DNA of 52,032 nucleotides from a virus (Duplodnaviria; Heunggongvirae; Uroviricota; Caudoviricetes): IMG/VR virus record IMGVR_UViG_3300035698_013589, positions 1 to 52,032 of that record; one strand, 5' to 3'. Shown piece by piece: positions 45,670 to 52,032 of this stretch (position 1 is its first letter; each line of letters starts with the position of its first letter). The notes under the pieces were generated by a model. It saw only the letters and a program-made list of their open reading frames with translations, ran no database searches and was not told where the DNA came from. The position numbers and the translations under genes were made by a program.

Positions 45670-47649
45670 ATGTTTGATATAGATAAGATACTCGGAAAGA
45701 AAAAAGGAAAGAAACCTGTTAACTTTACTAACATGACGTTATCAAGTACAATTGGAAACAACCCAGTGTCTAATCTATTACGAATGGCAACAACCACACC
45801 AAAGAAAGGTGCGGCTCCATTATATAAACAAAAACAATGGAAGATGTTTCCTCAACAAAAAAGGCAACAATTACGAATGAATTTTAAAGATACTGATGGT
45901 GATAGGATTCCAGACAAATGGGATTGTTCACCAAATAATGTAATGAAACAAGATTTCTCAGCAATAGACACAGGAGTTCCTGCATACACTTATCCAAGAA
46001 GTTATGGTTATAGGAGAAGAAAAGTTATGATGTCTCCTGATAAATTCATGCAACTTGCAAAGACAGGATACAGAGATGAAGCAAGTAGAAACATGTCTGA
46101 TGTAGAACACGAATCTAAAGTTATATCTCAAAGTAATGTTGATAGACTTAAACCAATCATAAAAAGCAGATATGGAAAAATGTCTGTTCCTGTGCTTGAA
46201 ACAAGTGAAGGACGTATAAAAGACCATGAAGGAAGACATAGAGCAATAGCTGCTAAACAGTTAGGAATAAAAGAAATTCCTGTTTATATGATGGAAGACC
46301 ATAAAGGTTATATCAAATCAAGAGAACAACGAAAACCAACCAAGGCACTGAAGTGGGAACAAAAAGACCCAAAGTTTGATAGTGAAGAAAGAGAATGGGA
46401 CCAATCAAGAAAAGCATTCAAACCATTCTCAGTTAAAGAAACTCCTCATATGAAATCTGTTAGAGAAAACCGTGGTTACACAGAACTAATAGAAGTTAAC
46501 CCAAAAGAGTTTAATAAACAATTTAAACAAAATCAAGATGAAGATATTGCATGGGATGATAGAAGACTTGATAGTGCGATGTATCGAGAAGAAGTTGATA
46601 GTTATCCTCAAGTTGATTACAATGCACAAAGAGATGTTGTTGATGTCAACGATGGGCGACATAGACTTGCTGCAGCAGAAATAAAGAATCAAAATATTAT
46701 GGTTGCAGTTAAACCAACTGGTGCTGAGTTAGCTAAACAAAAGGAATGGGCTAACATGCCTGTAGCACAAAAAAATAATATCAGAGCAACATCGTTAGAT
46801 TCAGATGGTGATAGAGTTCCTGATGAATATGATTGTGAACCTGAAAATACAATGAGGCAGGATATGAGATTTTCAAGAAGACCAAACAAAATGCCAGTAG
46901 ATGATTGGGAGAACACTAAACAAATTCTTTCTAAAACAACACATAAACAAAACACTTCTCTTGACCCTAAGATAAAGATGAATACAATTCTTAAACATGA
47001 TAAGGAATTAAAATCATTAGAAAAGGTTAATTCTTTTTTCAAGGACGACAAATGGCATGAGAAATATAATACTGAAGCATTTTCAGCTTTGAAGATGCAA
47101 GGTTATAATGATGATGATGCTACAGGATTTTTAGCTAATAAGAATAAAGTTAGAAACGAGACAGCTGCATTTTTTGCACAAGAGTTAGCTAAGGATGATA
47201 AGTTAGGGCATTTGTTCAAAGGTGCTATACCACTTGTTCCAATAACAAATGAAGAAGGCCGTGAAAGGCTTATCAACTATGGAAAAGAATCTCAACATAT
47301 TTCTGGCATTGGTATTGTAAAGAAAGTTGAACCTGTTAATCAACCAAAATTATTCAAAGATTTAGCTAGAGATGAACCAGATGATGATGACATCATGGAT
47401 GAAATGATGAATGATGATATGGAACAGTTTGAGTTTGAGCAAGAAGAACATGCTAAAAAGTTTCATAAACAATTGAAAGGTAAATCATATACAGACATGA
47501 CATTCAATGAAAGAGAGTTCTTTGATTCCATGGAAATTGATGGGATGAATAACTCGGAGATGAAGGAGTATTTTGATAAGCAGGCAGATAAATTAAAGAA
47601 AGCTGGTGTTGACCATGAACCAGACGATATAGGAGATGAAGGGTACTAA
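45670..47649 (+). CDS. Second polyvalent-like protein: two ParB/Srx-like domains, two tag motifs, acidic tail
   Basis: DHEGRHRAIAAKQLGIKEIPV and VNDGRHRLAAA; two DxDGD...DCxPxN motifs; AAGGAG RBS. Confidence 0.8.
   Translation: MFDIDKILGKKKGKKPVNFTNMTLSSTIGNNPVSNLLRMATTTPKKGAAPLYKQKQWKMFPQQKRQQLRMNFKDTDGDRIPDKWDCSPNNVMKQDFSAIDTGVPAYTYPRSYGYRRRKVMMSPDKFMQLAKTGYRDEASRNMSDVEHESKVISQSNVDRLKPIIKSRYGKMSVPVLETSEGRIKDHEGRHRAIAAKQLGIKEIPVYMMEDHKGYIKSREQRKPTKALKWEQKDPKFDSEEREWDQSRKAFKPFSVKETPHMKSVRENRGYTELIEVNPKEFNKQFKQNQDEDIAWDDRRLDSAMYREEVDSYPQVDYNAQRDVVDVNDGRHRLAAAEIKNQNIMVAVKPTGAELAKQKEWANMPVAQKNNIRATSLDSDGDRVPDEYDCEPENTMRQDMRFSRRPNKMPVDDWENTKQILSKTTHKQNTSLDPKIKMNTILKHDKELKSLEKVNSFFKDDKWHEKYNTEAFSALKMQGYNDDDATGFLANKNKVRNETAAFFAQELAKDDKLGHLFKGAIPLVPITNEEGRERLINYGKESQHISGIGIVKKVEPVNQPKLFKDLARDEPDDDDIMDEMMNDDMEQFEFEQEEHAKKFHKQLKGKSYTDMTFNEREFFDSMEIDGMNNSEMKEYFDKQADKLKKAGVDHEPDDIGDEGY
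45889..45954 (+). repeat. Tag motif copy (DTDGDRIPDKWDCSPNNVMKQD)
   Basis: Preceded by LYKQKQWK...; precedes the first ParB domain. Confidence 0.85.
46729..46863 (+). repeat. Tag motif copy (LAKQKEWAN...DSDGDRVPDEYDCEPENTMRQD)
   Basis: Follows the second ParB domain. Confidence 0.9.
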
Positions 47650-47651
47650 AA

Positions 47652-47813
47652 ATGAAAAATATAAATGTGACTTTCGAAGAATATAAAACCAGGGTTCTGG
47701 ACAACATAACATCAGATGATAGAGATTTTTTAATCGCACAGAAAGAAAAACACATTGATACCCTCTCAACACAACAAAAAATGATTCTTGAAAACTTAAA
47801 GAGTATGGTTTAA
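47652..47813 (+). CDS. Small hypothetical protein (53 aa)
   Basis: Not in track; MKNINVTFEEYK...; starts 2 nt after the upstream stop codon. Confidence 0.45.
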   Translation: MKNINVTFEEYKTRVLDNITSDDRDFLIAQKEKHIDTLSTQQKMILENLKSMV

Positions 47814-47837
47814 CCACTGGTCACTGGACAAGTAATC

Positions 47838-47857
47838 GAAACCTTTATATATTAGTT
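47838..47857 (+). promoter_or_regulatory. BRE/TATA promoter (GAAACCTTTATATATTAGTT)
   Basis: Early-class consensus; upstream of the 206-aa gene. Confidence 0.65.
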
Positions 47858-47920
47858 CTATTATACTAATTATTAGCATAATCGCAAAGACGATTGTGGA
47901 ATAAATAGGAGGTTTTAACC

Positions 47921-48541
47921 ATGACAAACGAATTTGAAGACATGTATAATGCGGATGAATTTAACGAAGATGAATCCGAAATTTCTAAAGAAACTCCAGT
48001 AGGTGAAAATGCACCTGCAGGTGAAGGCAACGAAGAACAATCAGAAGAAAACCTGATTGCAAGTGGTTCTAAGGGACAAGTTTATGATATAAACAATGCA
48101 CCAAAGACTGCTAAAGGACCAGAGAGAATTGACCTTGATGGTAAGGAAGTTGAGATTACTAAGATGGAAGTTGTTCTGCCACCAGCAGATACACCATGGA
48201 AGTTATCTAAGAATGGAAAAGTTAAATACAAGAACTGCATCTTTGCTGTTTATTATAACAATGAAGGACAGAAGGAATATTATTCTGGAGTAAAAGTATT
48301 TGATAGAACCAAGGACGGAGTTACAAAATATTCTGACCCAACTATCCAGAACGGTGCTACAACTCAAGCAAGCCAACTGAAGAAAACCTATGCGGATTTC
48401 AAAGGAAAAACTTGTGAAGAAGTTAGCATGTATGAGTTCTTATCTTTTTTGAACAGTAAACCGAAAGCTTTACTTATTGGAAAAGACTTTGAATATGAAG
48501 GTAATATTACTAAAAAGAATATTATTGAAAAATTCATTTAA
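47921..48541 (+). CDS. Putative single-stranded DNA-binding protein (OB-like) with acidic N-terminus
   Basis: Acidic disordered N-terminus, aromatic/basic beta-rich core, strong GGAGG RBS, position before recombination/replication genes; function inferred. Confidence 0.45.
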   Translation: MTNEFEDMYNADEFNEDESEISKETPVGENAPAGEGNEEQSEENLIASGSKGQVYDINNAPKTAKGPERIDLDGKEVEITKMEVVLPPADTPWKLSKNGKVKYKNCIFAVYYNNEGQKEYYSGVKVFDRTKDGVTKYSDPTIQNGATTQASQLKKTYADFKGKTCEEVSMYEFLSFLNSKPKALLIGKDFEYEGNITKKNIIEKFI

Positions 48542-48563
48542 TTTTTTTATTTTTTTTCTTTTT
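48541..48563 (+). terminator. Oligo-T archaeal terminator
   Basis: atttttttattttttttcttttt directly after the stop codon. Confidence 0.6.
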
Positions 48564-48588
48564 AAAATAACTAAACGGGGCAGTGTAA

Positions 48589-48786
48589 ATGATAGATGAA
48601 AAAAAGGTAAAGGAACTTATAGACGAAGGATACGCAAACATGGATAAGACCAAAGATTTGCTTGGAAAGGAAATATATCAGAAAAGATTTAAACCAGTAT
48701 TTGAAGGTTATCTAACTGCACTTTGTTCAGTATTGGAAATGTCTGATGAAGACAGAACAAATACAATAAAAGGTATTAAAGAATGA
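48589..48786 (+). CDS. Small hypothetical protein
   Basis: 65 aa; ATGA overlap with the next gene. Confidence 0.6.
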   Translation: MIDEKKVKELIDEGYANMDKTKDLLGKEIYQKRFKPVFEGYLTALCSVLEMSDEDRTNTIKGIKE

Positions 48787-50942
48787 GTTATAACAGACCT
48801 TCTTCTTTCTCGCAGAACAATCTATTTATACAATGTCCAAGGACATGGTATATGAAATATGTGCAAAAGATTCCTGGAATAGAAGATTTAAAATATGCAC
48901 ATAGGGGAAATGTTGTTCATCATTGTCTTGTGAATTATTATCCTGATAAGACAATGACTCAGGAAGAAGTTAAGGCTCTGTTTGAAAAAGAATGGACTCA
49001 GTTTAAACTCAGTGAAACATCTTTAAAATATGAAAAAGATAAAACATGGCTTATGGTTCTTAGAGGAATGGAACTTGATATTTTTGTAACATCAACAGAA
49101 CTTAAAATATTCTATCCTGATGTTGTTGCATATATAGATGTATTAAATACCAGAGATGGTATCATTGATGATTGGAAAACATCAACCAGAAGTCATCATA
49201 ATGAAAAAGAATATATGATGCAAGTAAAGTTTTATGCTTGGCTTTATCATAGAAAGTTTGGTAAACTACCAACTGAAGCTAATGTTAAGTATCTAAAATA
49301 TACTGGAACAAAAGCTGTGCTTGGTTGTGTGCCAACAATGGAAGATATTGAGAATGCAGAGAAGTGGCATTTTCATTGTCGTGAAAGAATGGGTTATTTT
49401 ATTGAACACCCAAAGAGACTTCCACCATTTAATAAAGGTTATTTCTTTTGTCCATATAAACATCTTTGGGATTTAGAAGATAAGAGTCCAGCACATTTAA
49501 TGAAATTCATTGTTGAGGTGTATGGTAATTTCTTTTATATTAACGGAGATGTTGATAAATTTTTGAGTGCTCATTTCAAGAAAAAGTATTCATATGAATT
49601 GAAGACAGCATATTATATTAAGAAAGCTAAACCAAATGCTAACACAACAATATGCTTCTGGTTAGAAAGTAAAAGACGATTACCTATCGGATTTTTACAA
49701 GAGACTTTAAGAACATTACATGATTATGCAACAGCCAAGAAAAAGACTCCAGTGATAAGTATTAATGATAAAAGATATTTTGACCAAACCATTATAGAAA
49801 TGCCTGATAATTTATTATCTGGTAAAACGCTCAGACCATATCAAGTTGATGCTGTTGATACATTTGTCAATAGAAACAAGATTGGAATGCTTGAGTTATC
49901 TACAGGTGGTGGTAAGACACTTATAGCTGCTGAAATAGTGCGACGACTTAGATGTAAGACATTATTTGTAGTAGATAAAAAAGAACTCTTATATCAAACC
50001 AAAGAAGCATTTGAAGAGAATCTAGGAATTGAGATAGGTGTCATTGGAGATGGTAAGAAAGACATCAAAGATGTCACAATTGCTACAATCCAAACCTTGA
50101 ACAAGAACTTGGCAGAGTATAAAGATTATTTAGCTGAAGTTAAATTTGCTACATTTGATGAAGCACATAAGGTTGCTGCAAAGAGTTATTATAAACTTGG
50201 TTCATTTCTAAAGAACACTGAGTATCGTTTAGGAATAACCGCTACAGCTTACAGAGATGATGGTAATGATATGATGATGACTGCAACAACAGGAAACATT
50301 GTATATTCACTTACAGGCCAGGAATTAATTGAACAAGGATATTTAATGAAACCTGAGATATATTTCTTAAAAACACCTGCAACTACAGATGAACTTAAAA
50401 CGATGGAATCAGAATCAAATGAAGGTTTGATTAATGAGATACCAAAATATGCACCTTACTATTCTAATTTTATTGTGATGAATGATGCAAGAAATGAATT
50501 GATAAAAGGAGTAGTTGATAAACATAAAGGGAAGACTATACTTATATTAGTCAAACTTATTGACCATGGAAAAGCACTTGAAGAACTTATCCCTGGAAGC
50601 CTTTACATTTATGGAGAAAGCCCAAGTCTAATCAGAACAAAAGCTTTGGCAGATTTCAAAGAAGGTAAGCTTAATATATTAATATCAACAATTAGTATCT
50701 TTGCTGAAGGTGTTGACATTCCATCACTTGATGTAGTAATTAATGCTGCAGCAAACCGAGGAGATGTAAAAAGTATTCAGGTTCTTGGTAGAGTTCTTAG
50801 GCGTAAAGAAGGAAAAGAGAAAGCATCATATTTCGATTTCGCAGATAATGGAAAGTTCTTTTGGACTGCTGCACAAGCAAGAATTAAAGCTTTCAAGAAT
50901 GAAGGGCATGATGTTATGATAAGACAATTAGAGGAATTGTAA
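48783..50942 (+). CDS. Fusion of a PD-(D/E)xK (Cas4/RecB-like) nuclease and an SF2 (UvsW/XPB-like) helicase
   Basis: SFS...CPR...RGNVVH...YIDV...IDDWKT...QVKFYA; LRPYQ, STGGGKT, DEAH, TAT, EGVDIP and QVLGRVLR. Confidence 0.85.
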   Translation: MSYNRPSSFSQNNLFIQCPRTWYMKYVQKIPGIEDLKYAHRGNVVHHCLVNYYPDKTMTQEEVKALFEKEWTQFKLSETSLKYEKDKTWLMVLRGMELDIFVTSTELKIFYPDVVAYIDVLNTRDGIIDDWKTSTRSHHNEKEYMMQVKFYAWLYHRKFGKLPTEANVKYLKYTGTKAVLGCVPTMEDIENAEKWHFHCRERMGYFIEHPKRLPPFNKGYFFCPYKHLWDLEDKSPAHLMKFIVEVYGNFFYINGDVDKFLSAHFKKKYSYELKTAYYIKKAKPNANTTICFWLESKRRLPIGFLQETLRTLHDYATAKKKTPVISINDKRYFDQTIIEMPDNLLSGKTLRPYQVDAVDTFVNRNKIGMLELSTGGGKTLIAAEIVRRLRCKTLFVVDKKELLYQTKEAFEENLGIEIGVIGDGKKDIKDVTIATIQTLNKNLAEYKDYLAEVKFATFDEAHKVAAKSYYKLGSFLKNTEYRLGITATAYRDDGNDMMMTATTGNIVYSLTGQELIEQGYLMKPEIYFLKTPATTDELKTMESESNEGLINEIPKYAPYYSNFIVMNDARNELIKGVVDKHKGKTILILVKLIDHGKALEELIPGSLYIYGESPSLIRTKALADFKEGKLNILISTISIFAEGVDIPSLDVVINAAANRGDVKSIQVLGRVLRRKEGKEKASYFDFADNGKFFWTAAQARIKAFKNEGHDVMIRQLEEL

Positions 50943-50945
50943 TAT

Positions 50946-51470
50946 ATGCATAATGTAAGTCTATGTAAAAATTGTTATTGTATGACACACACCCTATTAG
51001 GTTTTTGTGGGAAGTGTAGTTATGATAAAGAAGGAGTTGAGAAAATGGATATTAAAGTAAAAAAACTAAATGACAAAGCCGTGCTTCCAATAAGAGCACA
51101 TCCAACTGATGCAGGATTTGATTTAACTGCAACATCAATGGAAGAAAAACCAGGAATGATTAAGTATGGAACAGGACTTGCTTTTGAGATACCTGTAGGA
51201 TATGTTGGATTAATATTCCCAAGAAGTAGTATAGCAAGCACAGGACTTCTATTATCAAATTGTGTTGGTGTTATTGATAGTGGTTATAGAGGAGAAGTTA
51301 TGGCCAAGTTTAGAATAGTTATAAACAGCGGAAAGAATTTTATGTATGGTGTTGGTGAACGGATTGCACAAATGATTGTTATACCTTACCCTGATGTAAA
51401 ATATACAGAAGTCACTGAATTGTCGCCGACTCCTCGTGGAGATAACGGTTTTGGGAGTACAGGTAAATAG
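50946..51470 (+). CDS. dut: Trimeric dUTPase (with an upstream in-frame Cys-rich segment)
   Basis: All five motifs: AGFDL, PRSS, GVIDSGYRGE, ERIAQ and RGDNGFGSTG; probable internal start at ATG 51045 after AAGGAG. Confidence 0.95.
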   Translation: MHNVSLCKNCYCMTHTLLGFCGKCSYDKEGVEKMDIKVKKLNDKAVLPIRAHPTDAGFDLTATSMEEKPGMIKYGTGLAFEIPVGYVGLIFPRSSIASTGLLLSNCVGVIDSGYRGEVMAKFRIVINSGKNFMYGVGERIAQMIVIPYPDVKYTEVTELSPTPRGDNGFGSTGK

Positions 51471-51489
51471 AAAAATTTATATATTAGTT
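51470..51489 (+). promoter_or_regulatory. BRE/TATA promoter (GAAAAATTTATATATTAGTT)
   Basis: Early-class consensus upstream of the small gene and PCNA. Confidence 0.65.
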
Positions 51490-51534
51490 ATGATTATTTA
51501 ATTACTATATACATATCAAGGAGGATAGGATAAA

Positions 51535-51669
51535 ATGCCAAACATAAATACAACATTATATTTGTCTGACGAAGACTATAATGAAAAATTTTTACCACGG
51601 AAGAAGGAAGTTCTTGAGAAGATGAGAATTTTCATTAGAGAAGAATTAGGAATTGACAAAAAACGATGA
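51535..51669 (+). CDS. 44-aa RHH-like protein
   Basis: Not in track; MPNINTTLYLSDEDYNEKFLPRKKEVLEKMRIFIREELG; AGGAGG RBS. Confidence 0.55.
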   Translation: MPNINTTLYLSDEDYNEKFLPRKKEVLEKMRIFIREELGIDKKR

Positions 51670-51679
51670 GGAGATATAT

Positions 51680-52032
51680 ATGAAAATTAAAACAGCTATA
51701 TTAGAAGAATTTTTAACAAAGACCCGAATGGGAGAAGTCGAAACATGTTTACTACAATTTCAGGAAAAAGGATTGGTTATTTCTGCAATGTCTGTGGCTA
51801 ACTCACATAAAGCAGATTCGTTTCTTAAAGCATCAGCATTTAATGAGTATCAAGCTATTGGTAACATTGGTGTAGATGATTTAAATAACTTAATCAAAGT
51901 GTTCAAAAGATTAGGAACAGAACTTGAGTTTGAAGTTGAAGGTAATTTACTATCAGCTAAAGGCGCAAAAAAACAACTAAAGTTTGAACTTGTTGATGAG
52001 AAATTTATAGAAGCACCAAAAGAAATGCCTGC
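51680..52032 (+). CDS. pcn: PCNA sliding clamp (partial, runs off window edge)
   Basis: Not in track; MKIKTAILEEFL...EKGLVISAMSVANSHKADSFLKASAFNEYQAIGNIGVDDLNNLIKVFKR matches the archaeal PCNA N-terminal pattern (GISMRAMD...L..S.F..Y....IGV....L.KILKR); GAGGAG RBS. Confidence 0.8.
   Translation, partial: MKIKTAILEEFLTKTRMGEVETCLLQFQEKGLVISAMSVANSHKADSFLKASAFNEYQAIGNIGVDDLNNLIKVFKRLGTELEFEVEGNLLSAKGAKKQLKFELVDEKFIEAPKEMP

Noticed and set aside
45670-47649. Plasmid/chromosome partitioning (ParAB/parS) system
   Set aside because: No ParA or HTH domain; the ParB-like domains are embedded between tag motifs.
451-51241. Many short antisense or overlapping ORFs in the track (e.g. 451-711, 3884-4165, 6182-6613, 19256-19606, 23467-23991, 35013-35408, 43671-44072)
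   Set aside because: They lie opposite long well-formed genes, lack RBS or motifs, and show shadow-frame composition.
1-52032. Alternative genetic code, inteins, tRNA or rRNA genes
   Set aside because: Long ORFs are intact in the standard code and end in TAA, TGA or TAG; no intein termini in the helicases or primase; no cloverleaf or rRNA-like segment was recognised by eye.

Overview
AT-rich, gene-dense segment of what is most likely a large archaeal virus genome (>52 kb, truncated at both ends), probably related to spindle-shaped viruses. No cellular housekeeping genes, integrase, rRNA/tRNA or CRISPR array are visible. All credible genes left of ~34.2 kb are on the minus strand: three tandem 74-aa hairpin major-capsid-like genes, small membrane proteins, a 5294-aa Ig-repeat adhesin, large low-complexity putative virion proteins, a morphogenesis ATPase, an SF2 helicase and accessory genes. 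All genes right of ~34.8 kb are on the plus strand: MCM-like helicase, DEDDh exonuclease, AEP primase, NYN, YdjM-like hydrolase, two multi-domain effector proteins, putative SSB, nuclease-helicase fusion, dUTPase and PCNA. The switch point holds a TGGCA/TGCCA repeat cluster that is a good origin candidate. Archaeal BRE/TATA promoters and PCNA/MCM/AEP point to an archaeal host. Most notable: a 1146-aa and a 659-aa polyvalent-like protein (kinase-like, papain/transglutaminase-like, ParB x3, GNAT, HExxH peptidase and ART-like domains). Their modules are punctuated by a conserved DxDGDxVPDxxDCxPxNxMxQ(D/G) motif that also occurs in a structural-module protein, and the 1146-aa gene shares a near-identical promoter with the capsid and adhesin genes. 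This suggests a tagged, virion-loaded effector system. All assignments come from manual motif reading; no database searches were run.
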